The notes: generated by a model from the letters alone, not told the origin. A DNA stretch of 20,000 nt from an uncultured virus (IMG/VR IMGVR_UViG_3300012007_000017) (IMGVR_UViG_3300012007_000017:46154-66153), one strand, 5' to 3'. Counted from the first letter of the stretch, positions 1 to 8,035 are shown. Numbers and translations: made by a program.

Positions 1-1
1 G

Positions 2-418
2 ATTATCCCCACTGTCATTGACGGAATCAGGGATGTCATCTACACAGCTACTGATTATATTCTGTACGGCGGTGGACAAAGACACAGCAGGAACAACAGA
101 CGAGGAGGCTCTTACACATCCTACAGTAAGAAGAGCCAGCAGAAGTCAGCTAGACGGAACGCACCTTCATCCTCTTCTTACTATTTCACTTATGATGATC
201 GCGCTACGGCTGACAAGGACCTAGAAAAGATGAGGGACGTTGTCGACCAGAGAGATTTTGTAACCATTATGGATATGTTCTCAATCGCCAAGAGACCTAC
301 CAGCAACTACACCTATAACGACTGGGGCTGGTATGATCTCAGATCGGCGATGGTCAGGAGGACGACGGACGGCAGGTATTATATCGACTTGCCTAAGCCT
401 GTTCCGATTGAGGAGTAA
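2..418 (+). CDS. Conserved phage hypothetical protein, 5'-truncated by the window edge
   Basis: Frame 2 is open from base 2 to TAA at 416-418 (IIPTVIDGIRDV...NYTYNDWGWYDLRSA...YYIDLPKPVPIEE). The track ORF 230..418 is only its C-terminal part. Confidence 0.8.
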   Translation: MIPTVIDGIRDVIYTATDYILYGGGQRHSRNNRRGGSYTSYSKKSQQKSARRNAPSSSSYYFTYDDRATADKDLEKMRDVVDQRDFVTIMDMFSIAKRPTSNYTYNDWGWYDLRSAMVRRTTDGRYYIDLPKPVPIEE

Positions 419-420
419 TT

Positions 421-597
421 ATGAAGTGCCCGTGTAAAGGGTGCGACTTTAGGGATGCAGAATGCCATGCTAATTGCCGATTATATTCTAAATGGAAGAA
501 AGAGCAGGAATCCATTAAGAAGAAAAGGACTTTAGATGCTGTTCTGCATGCCTATTTTAAGCAACCCGAACGTTGGCAAGACCACTGTTTTATGTAG
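421..597 (+). CDS. Small Cys-rich phage protein (58 aa; not in ORF track)
   Basis: GAGGAG RBS at 410-415, ATG at 421. Reads MKCPCKGCDFRDAECHANCRLYSKW... to TAG at 595-597. Confidence 0.75.
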   Translation: MKCPCKGCDFRDAECHANCRLYSKWKKEQESIKKKRTLDAVLHAYFKQPERWQDHCFM

Positions 598-612
598 AAA
601 GGAGAGGCTGAG

Positions 613-837
613 ATGAGTATCCCGACTATCAATCTCATAGCCACTGGAGAAAACATTAACCGTATGCGCTTGGAGGCGGGTATTGCGGTAAAAGATGTTC
701 AGGAAGCTTGCGGGTTCTCTACGCCGAATGCCGTGTACAAATGGATTCACGGACAGAGTCTTCCAACAATTGATAACATGCTTATCTTAGCCTCTATGCT
801 TAATGTAACACTTAACGACATTTTGGTTGTCGAGTAA
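613..837 (+). CDS. XRE/Cro-family helix-turn-helix transcriptional regulator
   Basis: AAAGGAG RBS. Sequence GENINRMRLEAGIAVKDVQEACGFSTPNAVYKWIHGQSLPTIDN...LASMLNVTLNDIL fits the HTH_3 pattern. Confidence 0.9.
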   Translation: MSIPTINLIATGENINRMRLEAGIAVKDVQEACGFSTPNAVYKWIHGQSLPTIDNMLILASMLNVTLNDILVVE

Positions 838-847
838 AGGAGGTACT

Positions 848-1480
848 ATGACGAAAGACGAGAAGGTTAAGTCTTTATGTAATTGGTGTAACAGTCATAC
901 CTGTTATCCGACACACTGCAGAATCTATGACCTTTGTCAACAATACCCATTTAGTACGGCTTGGACTAATTTGCCAGACGAGGATATCGATAAAATTTTT
1001 GAAGCACTTTGGAAGGAGGACGTGGAAAGAACAGAGAAAGGAGACCAGAAGGTCATGGAGGAAAGGCGTGAGAGTACTGAGATGACGAGAGAGGAAGTTG
1101 CAGAAAAGGTTATGAAAGATCTGATAGGTACGAATAATCCTAGAGAGGCAGCTACACGGATTCTATTCGGAACATATAGTTCTTCATCTTCCGATCAGAA
1201 AGCCAAAGCAGACTACGGTAAGGAAGAACTTACTCTGGTACCCAGGCGAATTATTCACGATATTTGTGCGATCCGCATGTATGGTAATAAGAAGTATCCT
1301 GAGGGCGGACCTGATAACTGGAAGCAGGTTGCGATCGAGAGATATCGGAATGCGACATTCAGACATTTCCTTGCATATTTGGACGATCCTCAAGGGAAAG
1401 ATAAAGAAAGCGGTTTCCCTCACCTGTGGCATCTGGCTTGTAATATAGCATTTCTGTGTGAGATGGAGGATAAAGTATGA
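848..1480 (+). CDS. dATP/dGTP diphosphohydrolase (DUF5664-like) domain protein with a Cys-rich N-terminal extension
   Basis: AAGGAGG RBS, then ATG at 848. C-terminal KADYGK..LTLVP...YGNKKY....NW....RY..A..RH.......D.ESGFPHLWHLACNIAFL is the family signature. Confidence 0.8.
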   Translation: MTKDEKVKSLCNWCNSHTCYPTHCRIYDLCQQYPFSTAWTNLPDEDIDKIFEALWKEDVERTEKGDQKVMEERRESTEMTREEVAEKVMKDLIGTNNPREAATRILFGTYSSSSSDQKAKADYGKEELTLVPRRIIHDICAIRMYGNKKYPEGGPDNWKQVAIERYRNATFRHFLAYLDDPQGKDKESGFPHLWHLACNIAFLCEMEDKV

Positions 1481-1704
1481 GCAATAGAGATGAGTCTCTG
1501 GATATGTTCCTACAGAAACTTGACGCTATAAATTCGTTCTGTGAGTCTAGGGGAGACGAAAGCCAGCACGCTTGCGACGGTTGTATTCTTAGCGATTATT
1601 GCGTCGACATTCCAAGTCGCGAGTCATATAAAACGGCAGTTAAAAGCACGGATAAATGCATGGAGCTTATTAGGAGAGCTAAAGAGGAGGATAAAGATGT
1701 TTGA
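1477..1704 (+). CDS. Small Cys-rich hypothetical protein
   Basis: ATGA overlap with the upstream stop, GGAGG RBS, and an FC...CDGCILSDYC motif. Confidence 0.75.
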   Translation: MSNRDESLDMFLQKLDAINSFCESRGDESQHACDGCILSDYCVDIPSRESYKTAVKSTDKCMELIRRAKEEDKDV

Positions 1705-1843
1705 TACGACAATCGATTTGCTGTTGAGCATGTTCTGTATTGCTTTACTCGCTGCAGCTTTTGCAGTCATAGTAGCTGGTGGAGCGTATATTACAATACG
1801 CATCATAGTAAGTATCATGATATTTATTAGGGAGGAATTATGA
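1697..1843 (+). CDS. Small membrane protein (48 aa)
   Basis: GAGGAGG RBS, then ATG at 1697, in frame with track ORF 1541..1843. Almost entirely hydrophobic. Confidence 0.7.
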   Translation: MFDTTIDLLLSMFCIALLAAAFAVIVAGGAYITIRIIVSIMIFIREEL

Positions 1844-2031
1844 CCCCAACAAGACTGTATGAGTTCGCCAAAGAAGGCGCGAAGGATATTGTGGATCTGG
1901 ATGAGATCGTGGACACCTATAAGCGTTTAGATTCCGGGGCGATCGAGATGAACCTAAAGAATGGTATGAAGGGTGTATTCAGGATTGACGGCAACAGCAA
2001 GACAAAATATCTGATGATTCAGTGGAGGTGA
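1840..2031 (+). CDS. Hypothetical protein
   Basis: GGAGG RBS and ATGA overlap with the upstream stop. Confidence 0.75.
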   Translation: MTPTRLYEFAKEGAKDIVDLDEIVDTYKRLDSGAIEMNLKNGMKGVFRIDGNSKTKYLMIQWR

Positions 2032-2034
2032 AAT

Positions 2035-2628
2035 ATGAAAGTATATATTTCTCCCACAAGACCGGACGTAAGTGAGATTGATGGTAGTTGCACGTACGTA
2101 TTTCTGGCGGGTGGTATAACAAAGTGTTGGGATTGGCAAGACCGATGCTGTGAATTGATTCAGGAAATAGCTAAAGACAATGAGATAAACACGGATAGAC
2201 TGATCATCTTTAACCCTAGAAGATTATCTTTTGATACTGCCAATAAAACCGCTTCTGATGAGCAGATTAAGTGGGAATATGACTATTTAAATTTTTGCGA
2301 TATTTTTAGTATGTATTTCTGCGAGTCAGATAGTGTTCAGCCCATATGTCTCTATGAACTTGGTCATTATATTCCTGGCATTGTGAGTCAATATTCAAAC
2401 TATCAAAAAGCTCTACAGCACATCATAGTAACTGCTGAATCAAATTATGCACGCTGCTATGATGTGGAGAAACAGCTTGAACTGGATCTTGGACGAATTG
2501 AGAAAAGATTGATATTTGATAAAAACGAGCATAGAGAAGAAGCTATAAAATCTCACGCCAGCAGAATTTTGATTGCCTATGAAAGGGATCAGACAAATAA
2601 GGTAATAAAGCGTATAAACATTGTGTAA
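2035..2628 (+). CDS. Nucleoside 2-deoxyribosyltransferase-like protein
   Basis: GGAGGTG RBS. Motifs VFLAGGI..C.DWQ, IFNPRR, EQIKWEYDYL..CD and QPICLYELG are typical of the Nuc_deoxyri_tr2-like family. Confidence 0.8.
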   Translation: MKVYISPTRPDVSEIDGSCTYVFLAGGITKCWDWQDRCCELIQEIAKDNEINTDRLIIFNPRRLSFDTANKTASDEQIKWEYDYLNFCDIFSMYFCESDSVQPICLYELGHYIPGIVSQYSNYQKALQHIIVTAESNYARCYDVEKQLELDLGRIEKRLIFDKNEHREEAIKSHASRILIAYERDQTNKVIKRINIV

Positions 2629-2650
2629 AAAGGAAGTGGAGGTGAATAAA

Positions 2651-2950
2651 ATGGACGAAAATTTATCTAATGTTGGCATTGACGCCGATATGGAAACCAA
2701 AGCGATCATCATCGTAGCTAGGTATATCAAGGAGCATCTCGATAAAACAGACGGCGAAGTATATTTCGATGTTTATACCGTGTGGAAATGCAAGACCATA
2801 CAGAACTGGAAATTCCTTATTAGTTCTTCTCTGCCTGATGGTATGTACTACGAGGTCACATATAACGGGGATAAGGAAGAGTGGTATCTCGATGCCTATA
2901 AGAAGTTCGAGGATCGCTGTATTAAGTCTGGCTATGACGATTATATTTAG
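2651..2950 (+). CDS. DUF6275-like phage protein
   Basis: GGAGGTG RBS, then ATG at 2651. Contains VYTVWKCKTIQNWK.LISSSLPDGMYYEVTYNGDKEEWYLDAYKK. Confidence 0.8.
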   Translation: MDENLSNVGIDADMETKAIIIVARYIKEHLDKTDGEVYFDVYTVWKCKTIQNWKFLISSSLPDGMYYEVTYNGDKEEWYLDAYKKFEDRCIKSGYDDYI

Positions 2951-2965
2951 AAAGGAGAATCAAAC

Positions 2966-3370
2966 ATGATCTTAACGTTTATTGCATTTGCTATATTGGT
3001 TGCTGGCCTGTACATGGGCATTAAAGGAGGTAAAACCTACAATTATGGACTTCAGGAATGTGGCTTTGTAGTTGCTGTAGTTGGAGCTATTGCCGCTATT
3101 ATTATGGTATTTCTTATTATAATGGCGCATGTCGGTGTTGATGTCGTTATCGAGAAAAACCGGATTAAATATGAATCCCTTTGCGAGCGATATGAGTTGA
3201 TTACATCCGAATACGAAGATGTTTCAAAATCTGACATAATTAAGGAAATCACTGAGTGGAATCTATCTGTTTATTCTGAAAAGCACTGGGCTAATAATCC
3301 ATGGACCAACTGGTTTTATTCAAAGCGTGTTGCTGATTCGGTGGAGATGATAGAGATAGAGCAAGAGTAA
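2966..3370 (+). CDS. Membrane protein with two N-terminal transmembrane helices
   Basis: AAAGGAG RBS. Two hydrophobic stretches followed by a soluble domain ending ..WANNPWTNWFY.. Confidence 0.8.
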   Translation: MILTFIAFAILVAGLYMGIKGGKTYNYGLQECGFVVAVVGAIAAIIMVFLIIMAHVGVDVVIEKNRIKYESLCERYELITSEYEDVSKSDIIKEITEWNLSVYSEKHWANNPWTNWFYSKRVADSVEMIEIEQE

Positions 3371-3388
3371 TTATATTTAGGAGGTTCT

Positions 3389-3694
3389 ATGGATCATTTA
3401 GTTCAATTTACAATCAGCATTGATGACGCGCATATTGCAAATAAGGTTGAGCAAGAGGCGGCCAATGCGCTGAAAGATGAAGTCATTAAAGTGTGCAAAT
3501 CTCACATTGGCGACGAAAGAAATTACTGGGGAGATGGGCAGCCTGGTCCTGCTCTTAAGAAAGCCATTGATGATTTCATGAACGACAATCGCGAAGAGAT
3601 CATCAACAAAGCAGCAGACAAGTTGGCTGAGAGATTATCCAAGACGAAGATCGTCAAGGAAGCTGCAGCGAAGAGAGTTGAGGAGGTACTATGA
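3389..3694 (+). CDS. Hypothetical helical protein
   Basis: AGGAGG RBS, and translational coupling to the next gene. Confidence 0.8.
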   Translation: MDHLVQFTISIDDAHIANKVEQEAANALKDEVIKVCKSHIGDERNYWGDGQPGPALKKAIDDFMNDNREEIINKAADKLAERLSKTKIVKEAAAKRVEEVL

Positions 3695-4044
3695 CTAACT
3701 GTCCTAACTGTGGGGCTCCGCTTACTGGCCACAAGTGCGAGTATTGCGGGGCCATTATATTTGACTTTGCGGCGATAGAGATCGGTAAGCCAGTATGGAT
3801 TAATTTCAAGATGGGTGATCGTTGGGTGCTAGCTCATGTATTACTGGAGTCAGGCGATATACATGTCGAACCCATGGACGAGTTCATTATGTATGCTGAT
3901 GGAATAGCTCAAGCTACATTCAGAAGACCAGCCCCCGTTAGAATAGAAATGAATTTCATTGAGATTCCGACCGATAAAGGCTATGGGCATATTGTGTCTG
4001 AGAGAAACGTTGTACCATCAATAGATTTGGAGGGATATTTATGA
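3691..4044 (+). CDS. Zinc-ribbon domain protein
   Basis: N-terminal CPNCGAPLTGHKCEYCG, GGAGG RBS, ATGA overlap. Confidence 0.8.
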   Translation: MTNCPNCGAPLTGHKCEYCGAIIFDFAAIEIGKPVWINFKMGDRWVLAHVLLESGDIHVEPMDEFIMYADGIAQATFRRPAPVRIEMNFIEIPTDKGYGHIVSERNVVPSIDLEGYL

Positions 4045-4448
4045 CAAATGTAGAAATTTTCATCGATGAACTGGGGAAACTGCCGCATGATAACGGGAAT
4101 AATCTTAAGTGGGCCGTTGAGACCGACTACGACAAGAGAGTAGTCAAGATTGTAATGAGGGATCGTACAAGAAAGCCAGTCAGAGTAAAAACCCAGAAGT
4201 GTCCTTTCGAAGATATTATGGCTATGGTTGAGCCCAGGCTAGCAGCTAAGTCGATCATTGAGAAAATGTATTATGACTTCGGAGAGCATATTGTCGACAA
4301 GAAACTTCTTATGTCTCCAGATGAAGCGGCGGGCATTCTTAGAGAATTCGCTAAAGACTTCGAGGAATGTGGCGCTTGGGATATTGAAGACGATGCGCTT
4401 GTAACGGCTCTCAAAGTTGCGATTAAGTGTCTGGAGGTTACGCTATGA
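4041..4448 (+). CDS. Hypothetical protein with a C-terminal MSPDEA-type helical module
   Basis: GGAGG RBS and ATGA overlap. Confidence 0.75.
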   Translation: MTNVEIFIDELGKLPHDNGNNLKWAVETDYDKRVVKIVMRDRTRKPVRVKTQKCPFEDIMAMVEPRLAAKSIIEKMYYDFGEHIVDKKLLMSPDEAAGILREFAKDFEECGAWDIEDDALVTALKVAIKCLEVTL

Positions 4449-4588
4449 TGAGTCCTGATGAAGCTATTGAGGTTTTGAGAAACCTACAGGATTGGTTATA
4501 TTTGTGCTCAATGAATGGCGGCACTAGAATACAGAGAGAGGCGCTCGATATAGCCATAGCTTGCTTGGAGGAGAAGTGTCATGAATAG
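4445..4588 (+). CDS. Small hypothetical protein (47 aa; not in ORF track)
   Basis: GGAGG RBS and ATGA overlap. Reads MMSPDEAIEVLRNLQDWLYLCSMNGGTRIQREALDIAIACLEEKCHE and fills the gap between flanking genes. Confidence 0.75.
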   Translation: MMSPDEAIEVLRNLQDWLYLCSMNGGTRIQREALDIAIACLEEKCHE

Positions 4589-4919
4589 AGAGCTTACAAG
4601 AGAAGAAGCCATAGAGCTGCATAGACAAATGTGGACTGACATGCAAGCTGAGTTGGGTGACACTCCTTCTTACCAAGAAAGAGTGGAATTCAAGGGAAAA
4701 TGGGTTGATGAGCATTTTCCTAATGAGCGCGTGAATTCAGATTGCTTTTTATGCGAATACGCTGAATCTGTTACTAAAGATTCATTTACTAGATGCCGTA
4801 ACTGTCCTATAGCGTGGAATTCTGGCTTTTTTCCTAATTGTAGGTCCAGTAGGGTAAATTATAGATATTCGCCTATTTCTGTGATCTTAGCGTTGCCGGA
4901 AAGGGAGGTTGCAGAATGA
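4581..4919 (+). CDS. Cys-rich hypothetical protein (possible metal binding)
   Basis: GGAGGAG RBS. Motifs CFLCEY, CRNCPI.W and a further Cys. Confidence 0.8.
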   Translation: MNRELTREEAIELHRQMWTDMQAELGDTPSYQERVEFKGKWVDEHFPNERVNSDCFLCEYAESVTKDSFTRCRNCPIAWNSGFFPNCRSSRVNYRYSPISVILALPEREVAE

Positions 4920-5104
4920 GTAAGAAAATACCTCTTTATCTTTGTGATAAGAAGCAGGACTGTAATGGTCCTTGTTATAGGTACTGTCGTTTAACGCATG
5001 ATATTAATCACGCCGTAAGAGACGATAAAGGTAATCCTATCATTGTGACTTATTTTGAAGATCCTGGAGATACGTGGTCAGGGTTTAAGGAGGTTGAGAA
5101 GTGA
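4916..5104 (+). CDS. Small Cys/His-rich hypothetical protein
   Basis: GGAGG RBS, ATGA overlap, sequence YLCD...C...C...C..THDINHA. Confidence 0.75.
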   Translation: MSKKIPLYLCDKKQDCNGPCYRYCRLTHDINHAVRDDKGNPIIVTYFEDPGDTWSGFKEVEK

Positions 5105-5271
5105 AGAGCGTGAAACTGTATACGGATGGTGAATACGAAAACATGGTCGGACTTGTGCAGAATGCTCTCTGTGAAGTCGAAAACATGGAAGAAGATTATA
5201 AAACGCTTCTAGTTATGGATTATCTTACGAGACTGCGCGATGCGATCACTGGTAAGGAGGCGACAGAATGA
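5101..5271 (+). CDS. Small hypothetical protein (56 aa; not in ORF track)
   Basis: AAGGAGG RBS and a GTG start overlapping the upstream TGA. Reads MKSVKLYTDGEYENMVGLV...GKEATE, with its stop overlapping the next ATG. Confidence 0.7.
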   Translation: MKSVKLYTDGEYENMVGLVQNALCEVENMEEDYKTLLVMDYLTRLRDAITGKEATE

Positions 5272-5468
5272 TTGAAAACGGATTCTACAAGCATTATAAA
5301 GGCGGTTTGTATGAAGTAATCGGAAATGCAGTACATACAGAAACAGGAGAAAAACTTGTTATTTATCGTCCTGTCGGTATGATTTCTAAGATATGGGCAA
5401 GACCCGAATGTATGTGGAATGAAAAAGTCGATGAGCAGATAAGACGGTTCGAGAGGGTGGAAAAATGA
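5268..5468 (+). CDS. DUF1653-like protein
   Basis: GFYKHYKGGLYEVIGNAVHTETGEKLVIYR...IWARP..MW.EKV....RF signature. Confidence 0.9.
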   Translation: MIENGFYKHYKGGLYEVIGNAVHTETGEKLVIYRPVGMISKIWARPECMWNEKVDEQIRRFERVEK

Positions 5469-5689
5469 CTTACTGGGAAGCAGCTTATATTCTTGAGCAT
5501 GGGTCAACGGATTACGAAAAGATTCGAGAGGCGGGAGCAATAGCATTGAAAGTTATTAAAGAATTGAATAAGAAGCTTGATGAAGCTGAAGCTGCGAATT
5601 TTAGGGAGCCGCCAAAGAGAGGACCGCTTTATGGATCTAACTCCGGTGTGATATTTGTTGATGAGTTTTGCGGGGAGGTTGAAAAATGA
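5465..5689 (+). CDS. Hypothetical protein
   Basis: ATGA overlap and a GAGGG RBS-like sequence. Confidence 0.7.
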   Translation: MTYWEAAYILEHGSTDYEKIREAGAIALKVIKELNKKLDEAEAANFREPPKRGPLYGSNSGVIFVDEFCGEVEK

Positions 5690-5919
5690 AACCAACGCTA
5701 GCAGGATACTTGGAACTGCTGATTAAGGTATTCATGGCCATGATCGCCCTTATATTTTGGGGAGTCCTGATCGCTGTGGTTGCCATGGCGGTTCCATTTT
5801 TATTAAGTCTTATTTGTGTATTGGCTCTGGCTTCGGCTGGAGCTTTTGTTTTTAGCTGGGAATATGTGTGGGTCGGGACAATATTCTTTTTAATCCTGAT
5901 TGGTATAGCGATGGAGTGA
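5686..5919 (+). CDS. Small integral membrane protein
   Basis: GGAGG RBS, ATGA overlap, almost entirely hydrophobic. Confidence 0.75.
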   Translation: MKPTLAGYLELLIKVFMAMIALIFWGVLIAVVAMAVPFLLSLICVLALASAGAFVFSWEYVWVGTIFFLILIGIAME

Positions 5920-5926
5920 TTATATT

Positions 5927-5945
5927 TTACAGCTCTTGTAATAGA
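5927..5945 (+). promoter_or_regulatory. Putative phage-specific promoter/operator, copy 1 (TTACA-GCTCT-TGTAATAGA)
   Basis: Intergenic and upstream of an RBS. The same spacing and consensus recur at 6547 and 15559. Confidence 0.55.
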
Positions 5946-5972
5946 AAGACTATTTTTACAGGAGGTAACAAG

Positions 5973-6101
5973 ATGACAAAAGCAAGAAGAGCATGGCTTA
6001 TCATTGTCGGAAGCGCCATGACCGTAGTTGGTTATAGGTGCATGTGCAATGGAGCAGAAGGTGTTATTTGCGGAATCTTGGGTATTGAACCCGAAAAGTA
6101 A
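5973..6101 (+). CDS. Small membrane peptide (42 aa)
   Basis: AGGAGG RBS, then ATG at 5973, in frame with track ORF 5868..6101. Reads MTKARRAWLIIVGSAMTVVG... Confidence 0.7.
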   Translation: MTKARRAWLIIVGSAMTVVGYRCMCNGAEGVICGILGIEPEK

Positions 6102-6118
6102 AAACTGAATATGGAAGC

Positions 6119-6159
6119 GAAGAGTCGTTGTAGAAGATTACAGCGGCTCTTCTGTTTTT
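6119..6159 (+). terminator. Intrinsic terminator
   Basis: Stem GAAGAGTCGTTGTA / TACAGCGGCTCTTC (with G-U pairs), loop GAAGAT, followed by TGTTTTT. Confidence 0.8.
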
Positions 6160-6192
6160 CATTATATTTTTAAAAACGAAAGGAGAAAAATC

Positions 6193-6330
6193 ATGAAAAA
6201 GATCAAGAGTTTGCTGTGGAGTATTATGGGTGTTGGCTGTGCTGTAGGTTTCGCTTGCCTGGGAGCAATTGCGAGTCTGTCCTATATCGGCTGGGCACTC
6301 GAAGACTTCAGACAGTTCAGAGACAACTGA
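6193..6330 (+). CDS. Small membrane peptide (45 aa; not in ORF track)
   Basis: AAAGGAG RBS. Reads MKKIKSLLWSIMGVGCAVGFACLGAIASLSYIGWALEDFRQFRDN. Confidence 0.75.
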   Translation: MKKIKSLLWSIMGVGCAVGFACLGAIASLSYIGWALEDFRQFRDN

Positions 6331-6356
6331 TTATATTTAGAAAGGAGATCGAAACT

Positions 6357-6539
6357 ATGAAGACATTTTTCTACGGTGTAAAACTCGGTGCAGGACTGGT
6401 AGCAGGCAAGGTTATCATCACAGCGGCAGCTTACGTGGCACTGAGAGCTGTGTTCGGCATGGATGGGCTTAATTATATTCTCGGCAGAGGACCTAAGCCC
6501 AGCTGGATGAAAGGCCAGGAAGAGCCTAAAGTCGAGTGA
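6357..6539 (+). CDS. Small membrane protein (60 aa)
   Basis: AAAGGAG RBS, then ATG at 6357, in frame with track ORF 6216..6539. Reads MKTFFYGVKLGAGLVAGKVIITAAAYVAL... Confidence 0.75.
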   Translation: MKTFFYGVKLGAGLVAGKVIITAAAYVALRAVFGMDGLNYILGRGPKPSWMKGQEEPKVE

Positions 6540-6546
6540 TCTAATA

Positions 6547-6565
6547 TTACAGCTCCTATAGTAGA
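6547..6565 (+). promoter_or_regulatory. Putative phage-specific promoter/operator, copy 2 (TTACA-GCTCC-TATAGTAGA)
   Basis: Intergenic, upstream of AGGAGG. Aligns without gaps to copy 1, including GAGTGAT 13 nt upstream. Confidence 0.55.
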
Positions 6566-6594
6566 GTAGCAATATTTCACTTAGGAGGTGCAGG

Positions 6595-6798
6595 ATGAAA
6601 AAGAAAAGTATGATCAAGACACTCGCTGCTGGTATCGCTTTTGGAGCTATCGTAGGCGTAAAGGTCTGTCTCGACATTTATGACTTTGGCTATCAGACCA
6701 GAGTCAAAGAAGAAATGGGCGACAAAGCCGCGGCAAGACTCAACAAGAGCGTGCAGGAGGTCCGTGTGATCGTCAAAGACACACTTAAGAAAAACTGA
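6595..6798 (+). CDS. Small membrane-anchored protein
   Basis: AGGAGG RBS, basic N-terminus and one hydrophobic helix (AAGIAFGAIVGVKV). Confidence 0.8.
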   Translation: MKKKSMIKTLAAGIAFGAIVGVKVCLDIYDFGYQTRVKEEMGDKAAARLNKSVQEVRVIVKDTLKKN

Positions 6799-6806
6799 AT
6801 ACTGAG

Positions 6807-6851
6807 AAAAGGGGCTGTTGGCAGAAGATTACCACAGCTCCTTTTATTTTT
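6807..6851 (+). terminator. Intrinsic terminator
   Basis: Stem AAAAGGGGCTGT / ACAGCTCCTTTT around TGGCAGAAGATTACC, followed by ATTTTT. Confidence 0.8.
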
Positions 6852-6891
6852 CTAACCGTTCATTATATTTTTCCCAGAAAGGAGATTTGGC

Positions 6892-7842
6892 ATGGGAATC
6901 AGGAAAACTCTGGTCAAAACGGGCTTATTTATCAAGAAATATTCACCTACGATCCTGGCAGTTGCCGGTACAGTATGCACAATTGCTGGTGTGGTGCTGG
7001 CTTGCAAGGCTTCTGCAGAGAGCGCTGATGATATTTCAGAGGCTAAGGAAGAGATCCAGGAGATTAAGGAGACTCTTAAGGACAAAGAGAACAAAGACGA
7101 GATCAAAGCCTGCAAGAAAGAGATCCGTGGTATCCGCTGGAAGGTCGTTAAGAAGGTCGGCCCCAAGTACATTATATCTGTGTTACTGATGGTAGGAGGT
7201 GTTGGTGCCCTATGGGCCAGTAAGTTGATAGTTACATACTGGCTGAACGGCACCTCGGCTGCTTATATTGCGCTTGAAAACAAGTATCAGGTGCTGGAAG
7301 ATGGGGTGCGTAGAGAGTACGGCGAGGATGCCCTTGAGAGGCTCAAAATGGGCTGTAGAGACGATTTAGCAGAGGTGAGGTACACTGATACCAACGGCAT
7401 CGAAACGTCCCGTATAGAGGCATTTAACGACGTTGTAGACCTGAATCAGGTAGAGCTCTTCACCCTGACCTTCGACAGGACTTCTCCTCGTTATGTGGGC
7501 GATGCTCAGCATGATCTGGCGACTATTCTCGATTACCAGAGTCATATTTTCACACCTCTCTTGCAGAAACAGGGCGCCATTTCCCTTGACCAAATCGCGA
7601 ATATTCTCTGCATTGCTCCTAAGAATAAGGAACAGCTGCTGGTATGGCGTAACACTTGGTGGACTTATGATCCCACAAGAGCGGACAAGGACTGCCACGT
7701 TAACCTGAGACCTAAGGTAGTTTACAACAAAGATACCAAGAATTATGTCAATGGCTTCGATAAGGTCATCGTTATGGATCCTAATTATGACGTTGTGGTC
7801 ACAAATGGGGACTATAGCGAGGTTTACAAGGCCATGAAATGA
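6892..7842 (+). CDS. DUF6353-like membrane-anchored phage protein
   Basis: AAAGGAG RBS. N-terminal KKYSPTILAVAGTV..IAGVVLACKA, a coiled coil, a second hydrophobic segment, then SAAY..L...Y....V...YGED. Confidence 0.7.
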   Translation: MGIRKTLVKTGLFIKKYSPTILAVAGTVCTIAGVVLACKASAESADDISEAKEEIQEIKETLKDKENKDEIKACKKEIRGIRWKVVKKVGPKYIISVLLMVGGVGALWASKLIVTYWLNGTSAAYIALENKYQVLEDGVRREYGEDALERLKMGCRDDLAEVRYTDTNGIETSRIEAFNDVVDLNQVELFTLTFDRTSPRYVGDAQHDLATILDYQSHIFTPLLQKQGAISLDQIANILCIAPKNKEQLLVWRNTWWTYDPTRADKDCHVNLRPKVVYNKDTKNYVNGFDKVIVMDPNYDVVVTNGDYSEVYKAMK

Positions 7843-7852
7843 GGTAAAATAG

Positions 7853-8035
7853 ATGGATAAAGGCAGTAATTGGGGTAAATGCCCTCTTAGGATTCTCGGT
7901 TGGGCTGAAATAAGAGGACACAGAGTCGGCTGGTGTTATATTTGTGGCAAGAATGGCGATGTCTGTGACCCCGATTACTGTCTTGGGCCAGATGAGGATA
8001 AGAAAGGAGACGAGGATGAACGTAAAACTGTGTAA
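7853..8035 (+). CDS. Small Cys-rich hypothetical protein
   Basis: GAGG RBS and CPL...CYICG...C....C. Fills the gap before the next RBS. Confidence 0.55.
   Translation: MDKGSNWGKCPLRILGWAEIRGHRVGWCYICGKNGDVCDPDYCLGPDEDKKGDEDERKTV

Noticed and set aside
848..1480. Diaminopurine (Z) genome pathway
   Set aside because: No purZ or HD-domain dATPase is visible in the window, and this domain alone is not diagnostic.
5686..6798. Holin/lysis cassette
   Set aside because: No endolysin or structural genes nearby, and the context is accessory and replication genes.
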